This document shows, piece by piece, positions 39,699-49,351 of a stretch of DNA of 63,561 nt. Under the pieces are notes generated by a model. It was not told where the DNA came from, ran no database searches, and saw nothing but the letters and a program-made list of their open reading frames with translations. The translations under genes and the position numbers were made by a program. How positions within the stretch are numbered: the first letter of the stretch is position 1; each line of letters opens with the position of its first letter. Where the stretch lies: assembly GCA_020027805.1 (NCBI GenBank), contig JAHKKQ010000001.1, forward strand, positions 1 through 63,561, read 5' to 3'. The stretch comes from Candidatus Dadabacteria bacterium. Lineage in GTDB: Bacteria > Desulfobacterota_D > UBA1144 > Nemesobacterales > UBA2774.

Positions 39699-39980
39699 TC
39701 CGGCTCTTAATGTGCTTTCCCCTTGAGGGTTGAGACCAATCCGTGAGAGCCCCGCCGCTTCCGATAATCTGTGCAGCGCTAAACCGAACCTGTTTTATCC
39801 TGACCCCCCGTCTGTTCTGATTCATCCCGATAATTGCCAAGACGCCGGAGAATGTCGTGCAGCCGGTTCTCTCTTACTCAAAGAAGCGGGCCCGGTTCGC
39901 ATAAACCCGTTCCGGCCTACCCGGGCCCGGCTTTGTTTACGGGCGCGTCGGGTGATATAATGGGTAAGGAGGGCTGACAA

Positions 39981-40541
39981 ATGAGCGATGATAAACCGTG
40001 TAGCTCGATACCGGATCCGGCTGCTTCATCCGATGAAAAGGGCTTCGCGAAAAAGATCCATACCGAGGAAGCGATACTCATTACCCTTATGGCTCTATCG
40101 GCTATCGGCATAGGCGTGACTAATTTTAGGCCGGCCGGGAGCTTCTGGTATTGGGCGTCGATGGCCCCCGTTTTCGCTGCGGTCAGTATTTACATGGGCT
40201 GGTCCAAGGCCAGGCGCAGGGGGGAAGGGATGTCGAGGATCATCCGGGTCCAGATACTTCACTGGATCGGGCTCCTGGCAGCCCTGGTCCTTATTTATTT
40301 CTTGTTCAAGCGGACGGGGCGCATAGATTATAATCAGCTCGCTCTTATATCACTGCTAGTCCTGGCGCTCACGACCTTTCTCGCAGGCGTACATTTCGAC
40401 TGGCGGTTTATGGTCGTGGGTATAGTACTCGGGGCATGCGTTGCCGGCGCGGCGTTCGTCGAACAGGTCGTCTGGATGATCGTCATTCCGATCGTAGTCG
40501 CGATTGTTCTTATAGTCTTCTGGTGGAAACGTTCTCTCTGA
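39981..40541 (+). CDS. Hypothetical polytopic membrane protein
   Basis: 186 aa with about 5 hydrophobic helices. It has its own extended -10 (TGaTATAAT at 39951-39959) and GGAGG. Confidence 0.6.
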   Translation: MSDDKPCSSIPDPAASSDEKGFAKKIHTEEAILITLMALSAIGIGVTNFRPAGSFWYWASMAPVFAAVSIYMGWSKARRRGEGMSRIIRVQILHWIGLLAALVLIYFLFKRTGRIDYNQLALISLLVLALTTFLAGVHFDWRFMVVGIVLGACVAGAAFVEQVVWMIVIPIVVAIVLIVFWWKRSL

Positions 40542-40864
40542 GGCGCGTATTCCCGACCGGGCTCACTCCGGGAGTCCTCAGGGCCGATCGGTGTTCACAC
40601 GCACCCGCCGTTCATTTCTGCGGATTCTCCGTCCCATGAGCGGACCGCGCACAGAAATTGCCTGGTTTCCATCGGGATGTTTGAGCGGAACGGAACACGC
40701 GAGGCTCGGAAATACAGCGCTTTAAAAGTTTGGACCGGATAGCATCTCTTCGAGCCTTTTGCGGCTCCGGCTGGAATCCCTCTTATTTTTCTTGGAAATA
40801 TTGATTTTTATTGTGCTTTTCTGTAGTATTGATGACACTAAAACAAGTTTGAAAGGAGAGGGAG

Positions 40865-41161
40865 ATGGCCGAGAAAAGCGCAATGACAAAATCTCAGTTG
40901 TCAAACCATATAGCCGAGATGGCAGGGATCACCAAGAAAACTGCAAACGAGATATTAGATGAGCTGGCAGCCGTTGCTCATAAGGAAGCAAAGAGAAGCA
41001 AGCAGTTTACGATCCCGGGAATAGGAAAGCTGGTACTTTCCAAACGCAAGGCGAGAATCGGCAGGAATCCTGCCACAGGCGCCGAGATCAAGATACCGGC
41101 GAAAAAAGTCGTGAAATTCAGGGTGGCCAAGGCGTGTAAAGACGCTGTTTTGGGCGAATAG
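40865..41161 (+). CDS. HU-family DNA-binding protein
   Basis: 98 aa. TKSQL...GIGKLVLSKRKARIGRNPATGAEIKIPAKKVVKFRVAK. Confidence 0.85.
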   Translation: MAEKSAMTKSQLSNHIAEMAGITKKTANEILDELAAVAHKEAKRSKQFTIPGIGKLVLSKRKARIGRNPATGAEIKIPAKKVVKFRVAKACKDAVLGE

Positions 41162-41459
41162 CGTTTATCATTCAATCGTACAGTTGAGAGTTTGACCCGT
41201 AACCGTACGCGATCATTGTCAAATCTATGACATCTGTAGCGGCGACCTCCGGACAGCTTTATCTTTGCGACGGTTCCAATCCTGACACTGCCGAATTAGA
41301 TAATCACACACGAATTTTTTTGGCTTTATAATTGTTGGGTAGATGGAAAATAATTCGGCTTGACGACAGGTTGCACGGTTTAAGCTGAATTTATCCGGCG
41401 GTTTCGGTTCACTACGAGGCGCGGGCCGGAGCAAATTATTTGACATGGGGTCCTGACAA

Positions 41460-41837
41460 ATGCCCAAGGTATTGTTGATCGAAGACGAAGAATCATTGAG
41501 GAAACTCTATACTAAAATACTCAATGCGAAAAACTATACCGTGGAAGCGGCTGCCGACGGTGATGGCGCCCTTTCGGTGCTAAAAACTTTCAGGCCGGAT
41601 GTTATAGTGCTCGACATAGTGATGCCTCACTATAACGGCGTAGAGTTCCTTAAAATATTAAAGAACGATAGCGAGTTTAGGAGTATACCGGTCGTTATGC
41701 TCACAGCGCTTTCCGAAATGAGAAAAATCACGGAATGTCTCGATATGGGTGCAGTTGGCTACATTACCAAGGACAGTACCGTAGAAGAGATCGTTCAGAG
41801 ATTAAATTTCCTTATTGAATCTATAAGCGTGCACTAG
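41460..41837 (+). CDS. Stand-alone response regulator receiver (CheY-like)
   Basis: 125 aa. VLLIEDEE, the phospho-acceptor context VIVLDIVMP, and PVVMLTA. Confidence 0.85.
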   Translation: MPKVLLIEDEESLRKLYTKILNAKNYTVEAAADGDGALSVLKTFRPDVIVLDIVMPHYNGVEFLKILKNDSEFRSIPVVMLTALSEMRKITECLDMGAVGYITKDSTVEEIVQRLNFLIESISVH

Positions 41838-43032
41838 AGGTTTTTAACTCGAGTATCTTGTCGAAAATCTTCCTCGCTATCTCCGATTTTGCGGCCCTGG
41901 GAAGTTCTTCCGTTTTACCGTCTCTGTAAACAAAATGAACTATATTCGTCTCGGTCTCGAAACCGGCTCCGGGGAGCGATACATCGTTTGCTATAAAGAG
42001 GTCGGCGTTTTTTCTTTTTAGTTTATCCTTGGCGTGCTCTATAAGGTCGTCAGTTTCGGCCGCGAACCCTACAACCATCCTCCCGTTCTTTTTCTCACCG
42101 ACCGCTTTCAGTATGTCCTTTGTGCGCTTGAGATTGAGGATCCTTGAGTTTTCGTCTTTCTTGATTTTACCGTTTATTTTCTCAGAAGGCGTGTAGTCCC
42201 CGACAGCGGCGGCTTTGATGACGATCGTTGACCAATCGAGGTATTCCATAACCGATTCATACATATCGCCGGCGCTCACTACGTCGATGACTTTAGCTCC
42301 GCAGGGGGGCGCGAGATTAGTTTTTCCGGTTACGAGCACCACCTCTGCCCCCCGCATGAGACCCTCTTTTGCGAGCGAATAACCCATTTTACCGCTCGAC
42401 GGGTTCGAGATAAATCTTACGGAATCTATAAACTCCCTGGTCGCGCCCGCGGTGACGAGCACCCTTTCGCCGCGATAGTCTTTGGGGGACAGGGTCTTTT
42501 CGATCTCGTGCACGATATCGGGGATTTCGGGGAGCCGTCCCTTACCCTCCCAGCCGCAAGCGAGGCTTCCCTCCGAAGGCTCGACGATTATAAACCCGCG
42601 GTTCCCGAGTCTCTCCAGGTTTTCCTGAACTATTTGGTTTTTATACATATTTACGTTCATCGCCGGACACAATATGACCGGCGAGAGCGTCGCCAGTATA
42701 ACGTTCGTAAGGAGCGTATCGGCGATGCCGGATGCGATTTTTCCTATGAAGCTCGCCGTAGCGGGGGCCACGACGACCAGGTCGGCGGAGTCTGCTAGGC
42801 TGATGTGACCTATCTCGGATTCCCATCCGAGGTCGAATGTCTTCGTGGCCACACGGTTCCCGGAGAGTGTCTGCAGGGTGAGCGGGGTTACGAACTCCAT
42901 GGCGTTTTGAGTCATGATTACCTGAACGGAAGCCCCTTCCTTCACGAGGCTCCTTATGAGCTCGCAGGATTTATATGCGGCGATACCGCCGGTTACGCCC
43001 AGTATTATCTTTTTGCCGCTAATCACGGACAT
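41821..43032 (-). CDS. coaBC: Bifunctional phosphopantothenoylcysteine decarboxylase / phosphopantothenate--cysteine ligase
   Basis: 403 aa. N-terminal flavoprotein GVTGGIAAYK, PAMN, and the C-terminal ligase ISNPSSGKMG. Confidence 0.95.
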   Translation of the reverse strand: MSVISGKKIILGVTGGIAAYKSCELIRSLVKEGASVQVIMTQNAMEFVTPLTLQTLSGNRVATKTFDLGWESEIGHISLADSADLVVVAPATASFIGKIASGIADTLLTNVILATLSPVILCPAMNVNMYKNQIVQENLERLGNRGFIIVEPSEGSLACGWEGKGRLPEIPDIVHEIEKTLSPKDYRGERVLVTAGATREFIDSVRFISNPSSGKMGYSLAKEGLMRGAEVVLVTGKTNLAPPCGAKVIDVVSAGDMYESVMEYLDWSTIVIKAAAVGDYTPSEKINGKIKKDENSRILNLKRTKDILKAVGEKKNGRMVVGFAAETDDLIEHAKDKLKRKNADLFIANDVSLPGAGFETETNIVHFVYRDGKTEELPRAAKSEIARKIFDKILELKTSSARL

Positions 43033-43137
43033 AATATAGTCACCTGAATAACCTCGTGTATTTTAAAAATCACTCCGTTCACGCCGAACATATGAATAGT
43101 ATATTCCCCTATTAAGTTAAGTAAAATTTTTTTCGTT

Positions 43138-43178
43138 AACTGAAATCAGTTGACAGAGGAACAATGGGTGTATATACT
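43138..43178 (+). promoter_or_regulatory. marR promoter with overlapping palindromic operator
   Basis: Perfect inverted repeat AACTGA-aa-TCAGTT (43138-43151) overlaps TTGACA (43150-43155). N17 follows, then TATACT (43173-43178), 27 nt before the MarR ATG. Confidence 0.5.
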
Positions 43179-43204
43179 CCTATCTAGTTGCCGGGGACCA
43201 GAAT

Positions 43205-43690
43205 ATGACTAAGCACAATAAAGGGAACGAAAATAATCCGTTAGCGGGCCTGGATCCAAAGGGCTTAGCGGAATGCAGCGAGTGTACGTGCTTTAACATG
43301 CGTAAGGCTGCACGGGTGGTAACGCAGCTCTTCGACGACAGCATGAGGCTCACGGGTCTTAGGGGTACACAATTCGCTTTGCTCGTTCATACCTGTGTAA
43401 TGGGCCCTATTGCCTTATCGAAGCTTGCCGAGGCAATGGTAACTGACCGTACGACGCTCGCACGTAATCTTGAGCTTCTCGAGAAGAACGTCCTCGTCAC
43501 GGTGGAGGACGGCGACGACCGCCGTACACGGATTATCGCCATTACGGATGACGGGCGGAAGAAACTTGCCGAGGCTTTTCCCTGCTGGAAGAAGACACAG
43601 GATGAAATAAAAGAAATGATGGGTCGGGATGAGTGGTCCGCGATGATCTCCCTGGTGTCTCGACTGGTTAATCAAGTACAAGAGAGATAA
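43205..43690 (+). CDS. MarR-family transcriptional regulator (paralog 1)
   Basis: 161 aa. Winged HTH (LSKLAEAMVTDRTTLARNLELLEK...DDRRTR) and N-terminal CSECTCFNMRKAARVVTQLFD. Confidence 0.85.
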   Translation: MTKHNKGNENNPLAGLDPKGLAECSECTCFNMRKAARVVTQLFDDSMRLTGLRGTQFALLVHTCVMGPIALSKLAEAMVTDRTTLARNLELLEKNVLVTVEDGDDRRTRIIAITDDGRKKLAEAFPCWKKTQDEIKEMMGRDEWSAMISLVSRLVNQVQER

Positions 43691-43762
43691 AAAAATTTTG
43701 AGATTATATGCGTATATGCATCTATTAAGCGAATGCAGTCGTTCGGCACGGGGGTAAAAGCT

Positions 43763-45118
43763 ATGTCGAGAATGGAAGAGCACCCGACCGTTATAAATTA
43801 TTACAGGAGACGGGCCGGTATTAATCCTGCAGAGAAAATTTTAAGCCCGTCGGGCAAGCTGGATACGGCGCGGCTGCGCGATGAATGTCTTAAAGCTGGT
43901 GCCGACGACGTAGGGTTCGTTGACATCGACCGCCCTGCGCTTTCGAGGGATAAAGATGACATACTCGCTTATTTCCCACATACAAAAGCCCTAATAAGCA
44001 TCGTATGCAGGATGAACCGCGAGCCGATACGGAGTCCCGGACGTTCGGTGTCTAATCTGGAATTCCATCATATAGGCGACAAAGTAAATGAGGTGGCACG
44101 CAGGATAGTTTCGGTGCTCGAAGAACGGGGCATCCGGGCTATGAACCCGTCCATGGGTTTCCCGATGGAGATGGACAACTTTCCGGAAAAAATCTGGGTT
44201 GTGTCTCACAAGACAGCGGCCGCCGCCGCCGGGATCGGACACATGGGCATCCATCGTAACGTAATACACCCGAAATTCGGCAACTTTATCCTGCTCGGGA
44301 CCGTGCTAGTTGACACAGAGCTCGAAACCTACGACAGTCCAATCGATTACAACCCCTGCCTTGAGTGCAAGCTGTGCGTTGCGGCCTGCCCCGTGGGCGC
44401 AATCGCGCCAGACGGGTACTTTAACTTTTCCGCCTGCTATACGCATAATTACCGCGAGTTCATGGGCGGCTTTACAAACTGGGTCGAAGGAATCGCGGAC
44501 AGCAGGGACGCAAAAGATTATCTCGGGAAGTTCAGCGATGCGGAGTCTGCCTCGATGTGGCAGAGCCTGTCGTACGGGGCTAATTATAAGGCCGCTTACT
44601 GTATGGCTGTCTGTCCCGCGGGAGAAGACGTAATCGGGCCTTTCCTCGAGAACCGGAAACAGTACATCGATGACGTCGTTAAGCCCCTACAGAAGAAAGA
44701 AGAGACGGTTTACGTTGTTCCGAACTCGGATGCGGAAACGCATGCGGCAAAAAGGTTTCCGAACAAGACCCCTAAGGCGGTATCGAACGGATTAAGGCCA
44801 AAATCAATAACAGGATTCCTCGACGGTCTCAAGCTCATATTTCAAAGGGATAAATCGGAGGGCGTGGACGCCGCCTATCATTTTACCTTTACAGGCAAGG
44901 AACCGGTCCAGGCAACGGTAGTCATCAGGGATAGATCTGTTGAAATCCACAAGGAGCACAGCGGCGTTCCGGACCTGCATATTACCGCCGACAGCGGCGC
45001 CTGGCTCGGGTTTATAAGAAAGGAGCACGGTATTATTATGCCGCTCCTCCTTAGGAAGATCCGGCTTAAGGGGCCTGTCGGATTACTTAGAGCGTTCGGC
45101 AGGTGTTTTCCGACCTGA
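43763..45118 (+). CDS. QueG / reductive-dehalogenase-like 4Fe-4S protein fused to a C-terminal SCP2 lipid-binding domain
   Basis: N-terminal GADDVGFVDI, ferredoxin motif CLECKLCVAACPVGA plus YCMAVCPAG, and a C-terminal SCP2-like AAYHFTFTG...LHITADSGAWLGFIRKE...LLLRKIRLKGP. Confidence 0.7.
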   Translation: MSRMEEHPTVINYYRRRAGINPAEKILSPSGKLDTARLRDECLKAGADDVGFVDIDRPALSRDKDDILAYFPHTKALISIVCRMNREPIRSPGRSVSNLEFHHIGDKVNEVARRIVSVLEERGIRAMNPSMGFPMEMDNFPEKIWVVSHKTAAAAAGIGHMGIHRNVIHPKFGNFILLGTVLVDTELETYDSPIDYNPCLECKLCVAACPVGAIAPDGYFNFSACYTHNYREFMGGFTNWVEGIADSRDAKDYLGKFSDAESASMWQSLSYGANYKAAYCMAVCPAGEDVIGPFLENRKQYIDDVVKPLQKKEETVYVVPNSDAETHAAKRFPNKTPKAVSNGLRPKSITGFLDGLKLIFQRDKSEGVDAAYHFTFTGKEPVQATVVIRDRSVEIHKEHSGVPDLHITADSGAWLGFIRKEHGIIMPLLLRKIRLKGPVGLLRAFGRCFPT

Positions 45119-45289
45119 GCGTACGGCAGTCCCTGTCGGGATTCTCATGTTTTCTCCTATTTCGAGTATATTATTATCCGGGGAGTAAATAGACGGGCGG
45201 CCGGGGAAATGAAAAAATGACCGAAGTGCTCATATAAGATATATGGAGTCAAATCGGCATTTAATCTTCATTTGAGCCGCGGAGGTATT

Positions 45290-45787
45290 ATGGACAAAAT
45301 ATATAAATATAAAGTCCAAGGGCGTGAAAAGCCAGGGCCCGATTCGATTATGGAGTGCGGGGAATGCACCTGCTTCAATTTGAGGAAAGCGGCGAGGGTA
45401 GTTACCCGGATATTCGACAACGCAATGAGACCTATAAACCTGCGGGCGACTCAATTCACTCTGCTGGCGCTCGCTTCTGTGCACGGGCCGATTACGGTTA
45501 CCAGGCTATCGGAAGAGATTGTGGCGGACAGGACGACACTGTCCCGGAATCTCAACCCAATGGAAAAGAGCGGATTGATAAGAATCGAGCCTGGGGATGA
45601 CAGGAGGACCCGTATCGTGATCATAACCGAATCGGGGAAGACAAAGCTCGAAGAAGCATATCCGTTATGGAAGAAGGCCCAGCAGGAAATAAAGGACGCG
45701 ATGGGGACCGATAAGTGGAGTTCCCTGATATCGAATTCTTCCGAGCTGGTGAGCCTAGCCCGTCTCGACCGCGGAGCCGCTGTCTGA
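45290..45787 (+). CDS. MarR-family transcriptional regulator (paralog 2)
   Basis: Collinear with paralog 1 (CGECTCFNLRKAARVVTRIFD, VADRTTLSRNL, GDDRRTRIV, YPLWKKAQQEIK). The start is at the ATG after GGAGG. Confidence 0.85.
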   Translation: MDKIYKYKVQGREKPGPDSIMECGECTCFNLRKAARVVTRIFDNAMRPINLRATQFTLLALASVHGPITVTRLSEEIVADRTTLSRNLNPMEKSGLIRIEPGDDRRTRIVIITESGKTKLEEAYPLWKKAQQEIKDAMGTDKWSSLISNSSELVSLARLDRGAAV

Positions 45788-46143
45788 CCGGCAATAATTT
45801 CGCATCTCATTTCCCGCAAGCCCGGAAATAAGACCCGGATGCGTGTTCCGATTGAAATAACCCCTGGTGGGGCGCCCGATTAGTTTTATTCTCGCGATTT
45901 GAGTAACTTAAGCGGGGGAATAATCGACAAGGGATTAATGATGTAATTCCTGCTTCAGCAGGTAGAATTAAGTCGGCTAAGGATTTTTTCGGATAAGTAA
46001 ATATTAATTGATCTCACTTATCTCAGATCTGGTTGAGTCGCGGAGCAAAACTTTGGTTTGGGGATTATTTTATTCCTCCGTATCCGAGAATACTATTCCT
46101 GCAGTCATAATTTCAATGACAAATTCAGTCGCTTCATATCATA

Positions 46144-47721
46144 ATGAGAGAATCCGCTAGGGGAACGCCGGAGGGCGCCGTTATAAAGAGTGTTACGGAA
46201 AGCCTCGGTGTGAGCAAAATCGCCGGAAGATGGGTCCTTCTCGTAACGATACTCGGTTCAGGCATGGCATTTATCGACAGCACAGCCATGAACGTCGTAT
46301 TGCCCGTGCTTCAGATGGAGCTCGACGCTACAATCCCCCAGATGCAGTGGATAATCGAGGCATACGCGTTGTTCATGTCCTCGCTCATGCTGTTCGGCGG
46401 CGCGCTCGGAGACAAGTTCGGAAGGAAGCGCATATTTGCGCTGGGCGTAATCTTGTTCACCGGCGCGTCCATTTGGTGCGGTCTTTCCGCAAGCACGGCG
46501 GACTTGATAGTCGCAAGGGCCTTCCAGGGGGTAGGGGGCGCTCTCCTCGTTCCGGGCAGTCTGGCAATTATCAATATCTCTTTTACCGAGGCTGAGCGCG
46601 GGAGGGCCATCGGCACCTGGTCCGCGTTCACTGCCATCACGACCGCCCTCGGCCCTATCCTAGGGGGCTGGCTCGCCGAGAATGTATCCTGGCGGCTCGT
46701 TTTTTTCGTCAATCTTCCGATCGGTATAATCGTTCTCACGAGCCTCTACTGGCGGATACCGGAAAGCAGGAAGAATAACGGTGAGGGGAAGTTGGACGTA
46801 CTGGGTTCTTTTCTCGCGATCATGAGCCTCGGGTGCGTCGTCTATGCGTTGATCGAGTCGGGCAACTCCGGGTTCGGACATCCCAAGGTAATCGTACCCT
46901 TCGTGGCGGGGGGATTGGCTCTCGTCTCGTTTTTATGGTACGAGGCGCATGCCCCGTCGCCCATGATGCCCCTCGGTCTCTTTAAATCAAGGACCTTCAG
47001 CGGCGCGAATTTTATCTCGGCATTGTTCTGGGCAGCCTGGGTAGGCGGCGTATTCTTCATACCATTCAATCTCATCCAGCTTCAGGGGTATTCGGCAGCG
47101 GGCGTTGGCATAGCTTTTATACCTCTCGTCCTTGCGCTGTTCCTGTTCTCGAGGTGGGCCGGCGGGCTCGTGATCAATTACGGGGCAAAGCCTCCGCTCA
47201 TAATCGGGACGCTCCTTGCGGGGGCGGGGTTTCTCTTGTTCACTCTCCCGGGTATCGGGGGAAGCTACTGGACGACCTTCTTCCCCGCCATAGTCGTGCT
47301 CGGAATGGGCATGGCGATAACCATATCACCTCTCACGACAGCCGTGATGAGCTCTATTGACCTCGAGCACTCGGGCGTCGCCTCGGGAATAAACAACACC
47401 GTCGGAAGGATCGCGGGGCTGCTATCGATAGCCATACTGGGGGTGTTTGCTCTCTCCGGGTTCAGTAACAATCTCGATAAAGAACTCAAGATACTCAATT
47501 TGAATGAGGAGACGATTCGGATTATAGACTCACAGCGTATCAAGCTCGCCGCAATTGACATTCCGGAGTCCCTTCCGGAAACGACTAAAATAGAGATACG
47601 CGGTGCCATATCGGACTCCTTTCTGGGAACTTTCAGGCGCATGATGAAGATTTCAGCGGGCCTCGTATTCCTGGGGGCGCTTACGGCCTGGCTAACGATA
47701 GAAAAATTGCGGCCTGGTTAA
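46144..47721 (+). CDS. MFS transporter, DHA2 (EmrB/QacA, 14-TMS) type
   Basis: 525 aa with about 14 hydrophobic segments. Motif A-like GALGDKFGRKRIF and motif C-like segments. Confidence 0.85.
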   Translation: MRESARGTPEGAVIKSVTESLGVSKIAGRWVLLVTILGSGMAFIDSTAMNVVLPVLQMELDATIPQMQWIIEAYALFMSSLMLFGGALGDKFGRKRIFALGVILFTGASIWCGLSASTADLIVARAFQGVGGALLVPGSLAIINISFTEAERGRAIGTWSAFTAITTALGPILGGWLAENVSWRLVFFVNLPIGIIVLTSLYWRIPESRKNNGEGKLDVLGSFLAIMSLGCVVYALIESGNSGFGHPKVIVPFVAGGLALVSFLWYEAHAPSPMMPLGLFKSRTFSGANFISALFWAAWVGGVFFIPFNLIQLQGYSAAGVGIAFIPLVLALFLFSRWAGGLVINYGAKPPLIIGTLLAGAGFLLFTLPGIGGSYWTTFFPAIVVLGMGMAITISPLTTAVMSSIDLEHSGVASGINNTVGRIAGLLSIAILGVFALSGFSNNLDKELKILNLNEETIRIIDSQRIKLAAIDIPESLPETTKIEIRGAISDSFLGTFRRMMKISAGLVFLGALTAWLTIEKLRPG

Positions 47722-47896
47722 TTTCCCTCTCCCTTAAGAATCCTTTCTTTTTATTATCCCGTATAACAATATATTCGATATTTTGAAACATCCGGTCTAG
47801 GGCGCCGCGCTGTCCGTATTGATTAGGTTATGAGCGGTCTGTATCCTATAGTTATGGCCGGGCGCTCAAAAAATGGATATGCCCGAGGAGGCGTAT

Positions 47897-48307
47897 ATGA
47901 CTGAGAAAATAAAGAAAACAGAGGAGCAATGGAAGAAAGACCTCACGGAAGAACAGTATTACGTCACGAGGGAGAAGGGCACGGAGAGGCCTTTTACGGG
48001 AAAGTATAACGACAACAAGGAAAAGGGGATGTACAAGTGCGTGTGCTGCGGTGAGGAACTTTTCAGCTCCGATACGAAATTCGAATCGGGCACCGGATGG
48101 CCGAGCTTCTACAAGCCCACCGCCGGCGATATGATCAAAGAGGAGGTCGACAGGAGCCACGGCATGGCGAGGACCGAGGTAGTTTGCAGCAAGTGCGGCG
48201 CGCACCTGGGTCACGTTTTCCCCGACGGTCCCAGACCTACCGGCCTCCGTTACTGTATTAACTCCTGCGCGCTCGACTTTGAGAAGGACGAGGGGGACAA
48301 AGAATAA
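47897..48307 (+). CDS. msrB: Peptide-methionine (R)-S-oxide reductase
   Basis: [14 protein letters not shown], and [12 protein letters not shown] (zinc CxxC pairs and the catalytic Cys context RYCINS). I chose the start after GAGGAGG. Confidence 0.9.
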   Translation: MTEKIKKTEEQWKKDLTEEQYYVTREKGTERPFTGKYNDNKEKGMYKCVCCGEELFSSDTKFESGTGWPSFYKPTAGDMIKEEVDRSHGMARTEVVCSKCGAHLGHVFPDGPRPTGLRYCINSCALDFEKDEGDKE

Positions 48308-48331
48308 TTCTTTTCGATAGACGGTCTAATT

Positions 48332-49210
48332 TTACAAACTTAGCCTATCCACAAAATTGCATTCGCCGAAGCCGCCTTTCTTGATGATAAATTCCATGTC
48401 GAGCGGGTCATCTTCTCGCCCTTCGTAAGGCGGTACCCGGATACAGAAGCACCCGGCCTCTATTAGCGTTGCGTTCCTCACAATATATTCGGGGACGACG
48501 GACCTCACGAGCGCCCCCTCCGCGGTCAGGGCATTGCCGCTGCTGCCATTGACGGCCAGGCCGAGCCCGCCGAATGCCGAGGAGACGCCGTAGAGATTCC
48601 CGAGCACTCCCGCCAGGTCCGGGTCGGTCATGATAAATGCCCCCAGACCGACCGCGTTCGCAATGCTTTCGGTGACGATTTCGCTTGGCGTGTCCGTGAA
48701 GTCCTCGGCGAGACAAAGAAGCTCGTTCTCGGGCGAGGGCTCATTTGGCGGACATGTGGATTGTCCTCCCAGGTCTTCGACCAGTCTTGCAAATACATTC
48801 GGCCACGTCGCTAGGCTCGGCTCGAGCGCGGCAGGCTCGCCCGGCATGCATCTGAAAGCCACAAGGTCCAATTCCTTTTCGCTTTGTCCGACGGGTATGC
48901 CGAAAAAGGCGGCGGTCTTTTCGAGGGACACAGGGGGCTCGTAGAATACCGAAGCACCTGTAAAGACCCTGAGGGCGCTCGGACGTCCGAGCTGTGTCGG
49001 CACGACGTCCCTCGGCAGGAATGCGATTCTCAGGAAATCATTCGTCTCGCTTATATCGCGAGACCTCTCGACGACCACGGCTGTGGCTTCCCGCCCGGTC
49101 TCGGAGCCCGAGCCATCTTCACAGGAGATACTCAATAAATAAAATACGGAGAGCATTACACAAAGAGCGTAATACAGACGTTTATTTATCCTGCAGGGTT
49201 CGTTCTCCAA
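48332..49210 (-). CDS. Secreted or possibly lipid-anchored protein of unknown function
   Basis: 292 aa. N-terminal hydrophobic signal ending LLSISC, several further Cys, and no recognisable domain. Confidence 0.5.
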   Translation of the reverse strand: MENEPCRINKRLYYALCVMLSVFYLLSISCEDGSGSETGREATAVVVERSRDISETNDFLRIAFLPRDVVPTQLGRPSALRVFTGASVFYEPPVSLEKTAAFFGIPVGQSEKELDLVAFRCMPGEPAALEPSLATWPNVFARLVEDLGGQSTCPPNEPSPENELLCLAEDFTDTPSEIVTESIANAVGLGAFIMTDPDLAGVLGNLYGVSSAFGGLGLAVNGSSGNALTAEGALVRSVVPEYIVRNATLIEAGCFCIRVPPYEGREDDPLDMEFIIKKGGFGECNFVDRLSL

Positions 49211-49351
49211 TTTACACCTCCTCTATTGAAGGTATTTGTCCGTGATGTGAAAATTATAATCCCGATCCCGGGGAATGTTTATTGATTGAATTACGGTAAT
49301 ACGGGACAGTGAGCCATTCCTCTCATCGTCCCTCTGCTATGGTTTATTGGT

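Noticed and set aside
41225-41467. The 80-aa minus-strand ORF upstream of the response regulator
   Set aside because: It has no SD, an odd composition, and lies in a promoter-like spacer. It is likely non-coding.
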